Shown piece by piece: positions 1-10,470 of a DNA stretch of 64,000 nucleotides; position 1 is the first letter of the stretch; each line of letters begins with the position of its first letter. The notes below the pieces were generated by a model. That model did not search any database. It had not been told where the DNA came from and worked only from the letters and a program-made list of their open reading frames with translations. Origin of the DNA: Sphyrna mokarran. Its lineage: Eukaryota. A program made the translations under genes and the position numbers. The stretch covers positions 99,882,001-99,946,000 of the forward strand of contig JAGIQG010000009.1 in the NCBI GenBank assembly GCA_024679065.1. The letters run 5' to 3'.

Positions 1-324
1 ACCCTAAATTTAAATACAAATAAATGCAGTTGACTTGAAAGAATATTTCTATATTGAAAGAAATCAGATGTTTCCAATGGAATCCATGGAGTTTCAAACC
101 TTTCAGCATTTTTGGAGGTCTTAGAATTTTCAAATAAACCGTGTCGGAATACATTGAGGCTATGTGCATAACTCTGTCAATGGAACAACCCCCTGGTGAA
201 ATTGAATTTCCTCGCCCTCAGAGGATTTCAAAGCTGTCTCTTCACAATTGCACATTCTGACAAAAAGAAAGCGAAATCAGAGGTGCAAAATGGTATTTTC
301 CAGTTATTGAAAAGCCGGTCGTTT

Positions 325-818
325 GGCCGGGAATTTCGGGAGGGTTGGGGATAGGGAGGGCTGAGAAATTAAAGTGACCAGGCACTTAAAATATTTCACA
401 GTCGATAGACAGGAACCGTTTAAAGTTGAAATAATGGAGGCGGTTTTCAGATCTGCTGGGGCGACAAGTGGCAGTCTAGCAAGGCAATCTTAAGTACGGT
501 CGAGTGGCAAGTTGGATCCTTTTGCTGCAGTCTATGCCTTGCCATCTCTTCCCGATTACGGGTTTGGTGAAAAAAAAAGGGTGGCCTGCAGAAAATGGGA
601 CGCCACATCCATTAATCCCATTCCAATTAGCTGTTTTGTATAGATCTCGGCTTACCGGCCATTATGGGCAGGTGGTGCGGAGTACTGTCAGTCTTGACAC
701 TCCGCACCCCTCATGCTGGCAGGACGCTCGGTATTTTGCTACCTCCTCTGCCTGTGACGTTCAAAGGGGCTCGATCGCATTTCAAACTGCCTATCTAAAG
801 AGGTCGAAGATTTCCCCC
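325..818. mobile_element. Degenerate MITE-like TIR element
   Basis: GC-richer block bounded by ggccgggaatttc ... gaagatttccccc, weakly inverted and similar to other TIR-like ends in the window. Confidence 0.3.
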
Positions 819-989
819 TCCTATGAGTTGAAGTCTCTTCATGGTGGAGAAACTCCAAGTCAGCACCATGGAAATAGCATTAACCTGTGTGGATGCAAGA
901 TCTGAAAGATATGGTTGACAGAAGCTTTCCAGTTGTTGCTGAATTGATGTTACTTAAGAGCAAAATGGAATTAATTACCATTGTACTAA

Positions 990-1235
990 CTAGATTTGTA
1001 AGTTATCCTTAAATTTGCTTTTCGGGTATGCATGTGATCTTGTAATGGAGTGCGAGGGAGTGGTGTGGATTCCTTGATCTCTAGAATTACATAGCATCAC
1101 CTGACCATGGTGGCCGATCAAGACATTATGCATCGGCAACGGAAAGTCACATTGCCCAAACCGTCGCATCTTCTCTCCCATTATCCCCACATTAGAACTC
1201 TGTTCCACTAAGTTTATGCCATGTTCAGGCAATCA
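990..1235 (-). mobile_element. Highly degraded CR1 RT fragment
   Basis: Minus strand weakly resembles the CR1 RT segment also seen in the 9310-10168 and 21250-22215 copies. Confidence 0.3.
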
Positions 1236-2597
1236 ATCAGAATGTCTGGTGTGCTCATTTCCGACGGCTGACAAAATTCCCCCAGGGCACCAGGCAAGCC
1301 TGAGGGAACGGGCTGATTGGGGGATCGTGCTCTTTGCCACTGCGCAGTTACAATTTGTGGGGAGAGACGCTGAGTGCTCTGCCGCTCTACAGCAGTGATC
1401 GGCGGGGTGGGGGAGTGGAGACCGCTTTCTTTCTATATTTGCGATCGGTGGGCGGAGGAAGGGGGCCTTTGCCGCTATGCAGTAGCCATCAGTGTGGATC
1501 GGGGGTCAGTTGGAGAGGGCATCTCTGATATTCTGCAGTAGCGATATTTCGGGGACAGAGCGGGGGAATCTGCATTAGTAGCCAGTGGGATGGAGGTATC
1601 AAGAAAACTGATTATAGCAGCAGAGAAACTGACAGTTCTCTTAGAACCTGGAATAACGCGCATTCAAAAATGAGACCCTATAAATTGTGTACATATGTCC
1701 CATTTGCACACTCATTTAGAAGTTCGCACTTTTTGGTAAGATCGTACCTTATATGCCTTCTGCAAAACGTGTTTTCCTATGTCTGTGTTGTCTCCGAATT
1801 TATCTACCTTGGTTGTTTCCCTGAGATAATTATTCCATGTGATCTACAAAATTTTGACACACAAGCTAATTCATGCTTTCTGTGTCAGCCGATCGTCAGT
1901 GCCGATGTTACGACACCCACGTCTGCCTACCCCCCCGCCCCGCCCCCAAAACGAACATATGCCAGAACACTTGCTATAACTTTTGATGTGACATTTATCA
2001 AATGTATGATTTGGGCTCTAGATCTGGACGTTCTTATTTATCCGCTGCACATTATTCCTTCAAATAAAACTAATAGACTTCTTAAAATGTTTTTTTTTTC
2101 CCGAAATCATGCTGAATCTTCCGAATTACATTGAGCTGATCCAAATGCCCAGCTGTAATCGGTCGATTGTAATAACGTCTCATGATAGATATAAGATAAA
2201 TGCCAACAATATTTTTGTTTACGTAGTTGAAAGATTATTGCTCTTGACATTTCAGTCATAACATCCCCCCACCTACCCACCCCTCCATCCCCCACTCCCC
2301 CAATCCCTCATGTAAAACACAGAGTATGATTTCAAAAGGTGATTTTGTTCTTTGTCTCTTCGGATCCTAGAATATGTTAGTCAGTCTGGACGACATTTTG
2401 ACAGCACTATAGTTTGATGCTGTAATTCAATATCATAAATACGACAATTTCAAAATGCAAAGAATGAAAGAGCACGAGCATCAAAATCACCAGAACTCAT
2501 AGCAAAACAATTATTTGAGATCAATGACATCATCTTTGATGACAGTTCTGCACACTTAAAAGCCGATATTCCCGTTAAATTGCACTGGCCAGTGAGG

Positions 2598-2900
2598 AGG
2601 CATGGGAGCACCATTGTCAGTAATGATGCCTCACAGCACCAGGGATCCGGGTTTAATTCCCGCTTGTCTTTTTGTCTGTGTGGAGTTGCAAAATTTCGCG
2701 TGTTTGTCTGGCTTTCCTCGAGGTGTTCTGGTACCCTCCAACAATTTAAAAGACCTGCTAGTTGTGTGTATTGACCATGAAAATTTGTTGGTCAGTGCAC
2801 CCGAGAACGCATTGGAGCATGGCGAATAGGGGGTATTCTCCGTAACGTAATTGTAGTGTTAATGCAAGCCTATAGAAGCAATACATTTAATTTTGAACTT
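2598..2900 (+). mobile_element. tRNA-derived SINE with a non-CR1 3' tail
   Basis: Head 'gcctcacagcaccagggatccgggtttaattcc' (B-box-like), V-SINE-like core 'gtctgtgtggagttgca', tail 'gtaacgtaattgtagtgttaatgcaagccta'. Confidence 0.7.
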
Positions 2901-3144
2901 TAATTATTTAGCAGTAGTTTGTGTAGTACTAGCCAATCTGAATCTTCTGAATCTTTAGCGATTCTTAAATTATCAAGTGCAACGTAAGCCAAATTGTAAC
3001 AATTATATTTCTAAATTGATACATCATTTGACTTGGATGACTGCCTCTGTGGAGTTTGTACTTACCTCCGTGTCTGTGTGTTATTCCTTTGAGTGATGCC
3101 ATTTTTTCTCACGTGAAAGATGTGTAGATTAAACAGGTCGGATT

Positions 3145-3240
3145 CGTGTGCCAAGATGTACAGGTTCGGGGGTCTAGCGGGCAAAACATGTGGGGTTACC
3201 TGGATAGTGTCTGTGCAAGATGACCAGTTGGTCGAACTGC
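3145..3240 (+). mobile_element. SINE 3' fragment
   Basis: 'ctagcgggcaaaacatgtggggttacctggatag' matches the 3' half of the SINE at 26320-26625. Confidence 0.45.
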
Positions 3241-4677
3241 GTATTTCTGTACATTGTTGGTTGTATAACGCCATGTTTTATGAACAAAAATGGAATATTA
3301 AGCAATCTACCTTATCCAAATTAGGGAACGGATCAAACCATTTATGCAAGGCATATATTTTACATCATTTCGTGGGCGACTTTATCTTTTAATTGTTCTG
3401 GAAGTTAAGTATTAGCATTTGGAATATTGTGATCATTATTTAACCTGGTGTGGTATCAGCTTTAAACAAACATCTAAAATTAATTGTACTGATTTTACAA
3501 CACATAATCCTCCAGTTTTAAATCTTAATTCCATTATATTCAATAATCCATGCCACTGTTCTCTCCGCTGTCGTCTCAAACAACATATTCCATTGAATTG
3601 AGGTAATTGAAAAACTTTCTGACCAGTTCTTACATGCACCAAATCCTGCGCATGTACAACAACTTTGCTTGGTAACCTATAGTGGCTCTGTTGAAACAAC
3701 ACTTGAACTTGACAATTCGAATTGGCGTTTTAGGTTTCTCAATAGCCTTGTCCCTTCTTATTTTGGTCATCTCCCCAGACCCACAACCATACTGTTAAAT
3801 GTGTTATCTTCAAATTTTGACTATTTTAGCTTCCATTTTTGAATTATCACGCCATTGATTCGACTACGGGTAGCGTCGAAATCCATAATATCTCACAACA
3901 TATTCACATCGTTCATTTATTATTTATTTTATCATCCAAGTATTTATAGTCCTTCCTAATATTTGCTTTATTTCATATCAGTAACATTCTGTTCAAACAT
4001 TATCTAACTGACGATGGATATATTATTTATGGATATATGGATAACCTTTCCGACAATTAATCTCCTCGGCGTGAACAGTGATGTCGGTTTTTATTGAGAT
4101 GTGATCAGAATAACAAGGCCAAAATTTATTTGTTAATATTTGCACTGTTCATTTGTCGGTTTTTCTGGAACAAAATGGACCTCACCTGATCTAAATGATC
4201 AGCTGAAGACCCATTCCATTTTGTTGGTCTGAGCAGGAGTGCTGACGCATTATCAACGAGATGGATGATCAATTCAAAATGTCTTTCAAACTGCAAATCT
4301 TTAGCAGTTCTAAGTGCAGAATGTTTCTCGCTCAGCCTTATTTGATTCGGAAACATGTTCAATACGCAATTACAGATAGATCACTAAATGAATAGTGAAT
4401 GATGCGGACAGTACACATTGATTGTGTTTCATTCAATGAGGAATCGCTGTTGATTTAAATGCTTAAAGCTGCTTGGTATAGTGGTTATAGTATTCCATCT
4501 GTAATTTACAGAGATCCATATCCTCTGTAGAGGGTCCTGCACCAAATTCACTTTCTCGTCATCACAAATTTCAGTGAAAAATTACTGGAATTATTCTAGG
4601 CAACTGTGATTTTGACGACTTGCTAACGCTTATGGTTGGCCAAGTATTGGTGCAAAATCCTCGGTCTGATATAAATT

Positions 4678-5822
4678 GGGCCCGAATTTGCCGTTGTGAT
4701 TCTAAGGAGGTGATTTTACCGTTTTGATTCTAAGTGTCGCATCTGGGTGTGATTCAGATCCGACTTGTAAAGCTGTTCTCAGGCGCTACCATACTCAGCC
4801 TGAAAAAAATAGCGAATCTGAAAACCCTGTAGATGGGGATAGGCGCCCGAAACGCTGTTGCTCCAAACGGAGCATTCAATTGCGCGCGCGCAGTAAAAGA
4901 AAATTGAAAGACGTTGCCTTCCCACATCGCTCCAGGGCCGCAAAAGGCGAGTAAAGGGGCCAGGATGCGATGGTCCTCAAGACATCGCCACACCTCCACA
5001 ACATGTCTGTTCTTCTTATCCACCTACCACCCCCCTACCCTCCATACCGCGCCCCCTACCCATTTCTCCTCCACCGATTGACTGCACAGTGGCAGCCGAT
5101 TGCCATCCCCCTCCCCCCTCCGCACTGAGTGCCCGCAGAATGGCAGGAGCACCCTGCCTCCCCCTGCCCCTTCCACACTAGAGATCCATCTGAAATTCCT
5201 CCTTCCCCCCTTTCCCAGAGAGCAATCTGACCCGCTTCCTCCTGTCTCCACACTAGATGTACATTAAACCCAACGTCTCCCCCATCATCAACAGATAATC
5301 ATCCCGCCTCCTAGCTCTATTCCTCCCCCCCAACCCATCAAGTGAACCATCATGCCTTTCTCTACCACCCCTCTAGTAGAGAATGACCTGTTCCGCCCCG
5401 TCCACTCCCCCACACACCAGAGAATAATCTTGCCTTCGTTCCCCCAAACCACGCCCCCCCACACCCCGCCTACTCCATTACCACAGATCAGAGGTAGAGA
5501 GCCGCTGGAAGCTCTGAACCTACCTCTTCAGATGCTGGGGCACCCAAAACAGATGTTTGTGGAGCATAGATGTTTGGCCTTCCATCTGGAAGGCCAGCCG
5601 CTATGGTAAAGGGGGTACGTTTTTTGTGTCCAGTCTATTAAGTCAATTTTAAAGTGTCGCTCGCGTTTCGGGCACAGTCCCTGTCGCGCCTATTATGGTG
5701 CCTTGATAAAAGGGGGGAGTAGACACCGAGCCCTGCATAAATCGCGCTATTCGCCAACCCGTGGACTTTACTGAGGTTGTCACGGAAGAAACCGCGTGCA
5801 CCGTTGTGTTAAAATCAGGTCC
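4678..5822. mobile_element. Non-autonomous TIR element (possibly PIF/Harbinger-derived), copy 1
   Basis: Starts gggcccgaattt/ggtgattttacc, ends gttaaaatcaggtcc followed by TAA. Has a C-rich internal minisatellite and is colinear with the adjacent copy 5826-7008. No transposase ORF seen. Confidence 0.6.
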
Positions 5823-5825
5823 TAA

Positions 5826-7008
5826 CTGCGGAATCTGGAGTTTTCAAGTCCAACTTTTAGACCCATTGTTAGAAGCCCCCATATGCACTCTGCCTGAAAA
5901 ACAAAGCGATTCTGAATCGCTGCAGAATCATCTAGGCGGCGCTTATCACATGGTAAATACTATCAGAGCCTTCAGCTGTGCATTTACAGGAAAGTAAACA
6001 TAACCGACCCCCCTGCCACGTCGTTCCCGGGCCTGATAAGACCTGGACCCCAAAGAATTTCCCCCACCAACATAACACAACTGTCCACCTTAACAAACAC
6101 AACTCCCCCAACGTCACCAGCCACTACCCAAATTGATCGCGGCCTTTTTCGCCTTCCTCCTATCTCTTGCACGCAGAGTGGCAGTGATCTCTCACATCAG
6201 ACAGCCATCTGACCCGCCTCCCTCTCCCTACCAGAGAACGATCTGACCCTCCCCCCTTCCCGCCTACCAGAAGACTATCAGGCCCACATTCCTTCTTCCC
6301 CACCAGATAGCGATCCGACTGGCCTCCCTACCCACACGAGAGAGCAATATGATTGACTGCTGCACCTCCATCCAGAGAGCCATCTGACCCGCCTCCCTGC
6401 TGCTACCAGAGAGCGGTCTGACTTGCCCTTCTGCCAACCAGAAGGCCATTTGACCCACGTTCCTTCTCCCTCATCAGAAAGCCATCTGACATACTTCTCT
6501 CCCTACACAAAAGAGCGATATGGCTTGCATGCTGCACCTCCAACCAAAGAAACATCTGACCGCTTTCCTCTGTCCCTTACCTCAGAGCCATCTGACCCGC
6601 CTCCCTCCTCGTCCCCACCGGAGAGCATTCTGTCCAACCTCTCTGTCACCCCCACCAGAGAGTGATCTGACCCGCGTACTCCACCACCCCAACCCACCGC
6701 CGCTCCCAAATTCCAAACCACCGATCTGAGTCAGAGAGCCGTGGCAGGCTCTGAAATTACCTCCTCATAAGATGAACCACCCGAATCACACCTTTGCAGA
6801 CCATGTCTGTTTCGTTCAGAGTTTGGATGGGCGATCGCCGTGTTGAATGGGGGAAATGACAATATCTATGGGTACCTAGCCCATTAGTTCCCGATCGCGG
6901 CAATTTTAGGTCCTTGATAAAGGGGGAAAGGACAAGGAGGCAGTCGTGGATTGCTTTAATTGTCTAACACCTAAGAACCGGCACAAATCGATGGTCAAAT
7001 CAAGCCCC
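5826..7008. mobile_element. Non-autonomous TIR element, copy 2 (left end truncated)
   Basis: Shares 'gcctgaaaa..agcga.tctga', 'agagagccg..gctctgaa..tacctc' and 'ccttgataaaggggg' with copy 1; ends ggtcaaatcaagcccc. Confidence 0.6.
6170..6740 (+). repeat. Degenerate ~35-bp minisatellite (agag(c/a)(c/g)atctgacccgcctccc..cc)
   Basis: Roughly 15 recurrences of 'atctgac'-like cores at about 35-40 bp spacing, inside TIR element copy 2. Confidence 0.85.
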
Positions 7009-7299
7009 AAAAGGCTAAATGCCAGTTTCATGCAATACGATTTCTCAGGTATGCAGGTTCGAAATTCGTCACAAATGTATTACTTTCATTATAACAATTG
7101 TGGAGCAGAACAGCTTTTTGGTCTTCCCAGAAAGGCATATAACAACTGAATCACATAATTTCACTCGATTCATGCGCTGCACAGAAATTTGTATAATGTA
7201 GGTACAGTTCCCGTTGAAGAAATGTAATATTCATCAATGTAATTTTAATATGAAGTTTGGGTGGTATTGAATTACGTTATCACACTCATGGAGAAATAC

Positions 7300-7700
7300 T
7301 GCACGTAAACAAGCCCTTCGACTCACTTGTTAATTGTGATCAGATTTTCCACACTGAACTCGTCCCATTTGTCTGCCTTTGGCCCACATCCCTCGAAACA
7401 TATCCTCGTCATGTGTCAAATGGTTCTGTAATGTTATGATTGTGCCTTCCTTTACAACCTCCTCTGGCATCTCATTCCATGTACACACCATCCTGTTTGT
7501 ATCACGATTGTTTCTCAGGTCCGTTTTAAATAATTATCCTCTGAACATAAAACATTGGGCTTTTAGTTTTGGATTCCACTACACGGGGGTAAATGACTTG
7601 GCTGTTCACTTGCTGGGTGAATCTCATGATTTTATAATTCTCTATAGGGTTACCCAACATCACCCGACTTTCCAGTGAAAAGCCAATTGGATCCCTGATA
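7300..7700 (-). mobile_element. CR1 3' end, degraded
   Basis: 'acaacctcctctggcatctcattccat...caccatcctg' matches the minus-strand CR1 3' region seen at 9450-9500. Confidence 0.6.
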
Positions 7701-7704
7701 ATGA

Positions 7705-8775
7705 GATATACTGGATAACAGGCTTGTTTAGTAACAGGAAACACAAATTATGGTCGATGGATGGAATTTAGTATTGGCCGGTGCTTCGAGTGGCATACCA
7801 CAGGTCTTGGGGTGTTTGGGCTCTAGCTGTTTGTGTTATTTGCTATCATTCTAGATAGGAATCTATGGAGCATCATGAGGAAAATTGCAGCCGACACAAA
7901 AATTGGCCGAGAAGTACCTAGTCTCTTAGGCTCTTATTCTCAACAAAACAACATACTTGATTCGATGATAGAGTATCAAATGAATTTTAACATACAGAAA
8001 TGCGAGGTGATGCGTTCAGGGAGATCAAGAAGTTACAGGGAATGCAAAACAATTAGGAATATATATGAGTGGAAGATGAAGTGAAATCACTTACCGCGCA
8101 AGGTCATAGGTCCCTTAAAGCAGCAGTTGAAAGAGACAAGATTTTACATAAAGGGTAAAAGATATTTTCCTTCATTGGCGCGGGTATAAAAATTAAAAGT
8201 AAGAATAAAATTTTGTAATTGCATAAGTCCTGCTGAGGTCGACACGATAGTACTGTGTGCATTACTGACCAACATTTAACTGGAAGGACGTAGTTTTTTT
8301 TCGCAGAGAACGCAGAGACGGTTTAAAATAATGTTCGTGATACAAATGTGTTCCTGTGAGGGGAGATTAATAGTTTGAGATTGTTTTATTTGGAAACAAA
8401 ATGGCTGAAATTGAACTTTATTGAGGGGTTCAAAAATATGAGGGGAAGAGCCAGCGTGGGCAAGATGATATTGTTTCCCGTGGCGGAGGATTCTAGCATT
8501 AGGGGACATAAATTCAAGATATGTGGTAGAATGTATAACGTGGATACGAGGGAGAACCACAAGGAATTGCGATTCTCAAATTTGCTGCCAGAATTCATGT
8601 ACAGACAGGTTTCCTAAACACTTAAAGTACAACTAGATTTGCACATTAAGCGTCGTGGTCTGGAGACCTACTAGTGCAGAAACTTGGGATTAGAAATTGA
8701 ATAAATTGTCCATCAGGTTACTTGGGCCAGATTAACTTAATTTTGGCCTTCTGTGGTGTGACTTTTCTCATGTCT
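7705..8775 (+). mobile_element. CR1 ORF2 RT/3' fragment, degraded
   Basis: Peptides SGIPQ, KIAADTKIG, MNFNIQKCEVMRSGR and SIRGHKFKI; many frameshifts. Confidence 0.85.
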
Positions 8776-8997
8776 CTCAGCACCAAATTACACTGTGAAT
8801 ACCGCTATGTAAAACTGAGTTGACTTTGACACTCATCGGCCTTATAATCGATATGTGAATCACGCAGAAATGGTTCAAAAGAAGAATTCATAATGAAGCT
8901 TCAAGCATAAGTCTAGCGTCAAGAAAGGCACGTTCCAGAATGTCGACGGAAGAAATTGATCTTTCTCTGATCGGCGTCCTCATACATTGCCATTGAA

Positions 8998-9308
8998 TCA
9001 TAGATAATAGAATTCTTACAGTACAGAAGCAGGCCATTAGGTCCATCGAGTCTACAGCCACCACACCCCATTCCTTCAATCCTACATATTTATTCTGCTA
9101 ATCGCTCTGGCACTGGGTTCCATCTAGCATAGCCAATCAATCAAACCCGCTTATCTTTGGACTGTGGAAGGAAACCGGAGCACCGGAAGGAAACACACTG
9201 AGACGCAGGGAAAATGTGCAAAGTCCACATAGTAATTCAAGGTTGGAATTGAACCTGGGACCCTGGCTCTGTAAGGCAACAGTGCGTACCACTGCGCCAC
9301 CATGCTGT
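8998..9308 (-). mobile_element. HE1-like tRNA-derived SINE
   Basis: Minus strand: head 'gcatggtggcgcagtggta..gggtcccaggttcaattcc' (A/B boxes), core 'ccggtgctccggtttccttccacagtccaaaga', CR1-like tail ending in ttctat repeats. Confidence 0.85.
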
Positions 9309-9309
9309 C

Positions 9310-10168
9310 TTATAGAACATAGAACATTACAGCGCAGTACAGGCCCTTCGGCCCTCGATGTTGCGCCGGCCAGGGGACCCTCTAGCCTAAACTATTCCAA
9401 TATCATCCATATGCCTATCCACCGGCCATTTGAATGCCCCCAAAGTAGGCGAGTCCACAACTGCTGCAGGCAGGGCATTCCACGCCCTCACCACCCTCTG
9501 TGTAAAGAATCTGCCTCTGACATCCGTCCTATTACTACCACCTCTTAATTTAAAATTATGTCCCCTGCTGTTGGTCATCACCATCCGAGGAAAAGGGCTC
9601 TCACTATCCACCCTATCCAGTCCTTTGATCATCTTATACGCCTCAATTAGATCACCGCATAACCTTCTCTCTAATGAAAATAACCTCAGGTCCCTCAGCC
9701 TTTCCTCATAAGGCCTTCTCACCATACCAGGCAACATCCTGGTAAACCTCCTCTGCACCCTTTCCAATGCTTCCACATCTTTCTTATAATGCGGCGACCA
9801 GAACTGTACGCAATACTCCAAGTGCGGCCGCACCAGAGTTTTGTACAGTTGTAACATAACCTCACGGCTCCTAAATTCAATCCCTCTACCAATAAAAGCT
9901 AACACACCGTACGCCTTCTTAACAACTTTATCAACCTGGGTGCCAACTTTCAAAGAGCTATGTACCTGTACCCCAAGATCCCTCTGCTCGACAACACTAT
10001 TAAGGGTCCTTCCATTAGCCCTATATTTCATATGCCTGTTATTCCTACCAAAGTGAATCACCTCACACTTATCCGTATTGAATTCCATTTGCCACCTCAC
10101 GGCCCAGCTCTGCAAACTATCTATGTCCCTCTGCAAACTGTAACATCCATCCTCGCTGTCTACAACAA
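9310..10168 (-). mobile_element. Young 5'-truncated CR1 (HER1-like) LINE
   Basis: Open 249-aa ORF2 C-terminus plus 3'UTR 'agggccgaagggcctgtactgcgctgtaatgttctatgttct'. Confidence 0.95.
9387..10136 (-). pseudogene. CR1 ORF2 C-terminal part (post-RT-core/thumb region), open but truncated
   Basis: WQMEFNTDKCEVIHFG, DLGVQV, LYKTLVRPHLEYCVQFWSP, LERVQRRFTRM, RGHNFKL, FFTQRVVRAWNALP are canonical CR1 ORF2 motifs. Confidence 0.95.
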
Positions 10169-10470
10169 TTATAGAATTACAGAATCCCCAGGGTCATTCG
10201 GCCCATCGATTCTGCATTGCCCGAATCCCATTGAGGCCCTATCCCTGTAATTCCATAAATTTAATCTATTAGTCTGCCTGACAGCAGTTAAGGATAACTT
10301 CACGTGGTCAATACATCTGACCTGACGAAAATCAGAGCACCCTGAGGAAACCTACGCAGATATGGGGAGAAGGAACACAGTCCACACAGACAGTGACCCG
10401 AGGCTGTAATTGGCGCCATGCCCCTGGCGTTGTCAGGCAGTAGTACTAACCAATGTGCCACCATGCTGCG
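10169..10470 (-). mobile_element. HE1-like SINE (internally deleted)
   Basis: Minus head 'gcagcatggtggcacattggttagtactactgcctgacaacgccaggg', core 'cgggtcactgtctgtgtgga', CR1-type tail. Confidence 0.8.

Noticed and set aside
6170-6740. Regularly spaced repeats resembling a CRISPR array
   Set aside because: The intervening sequences are similar to each other, there are no cas genes, and the context is eukaryotic; it is a minisatellite.
8755-8800. cactgtg/cacagtg heptamers (also 5085, 33823, 42809) as V(D)J RSS
   Set aside because: No nonamer at 12 or 23 bp spacing and no adjacent V/D/J segments.
9216-10250. Several + strand ORFs over the young CR1 (also 21308-21715, 62176-62616, 62608-63045)
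   Set aside because: Antisense or junction shadows of retroelement coding sequence.
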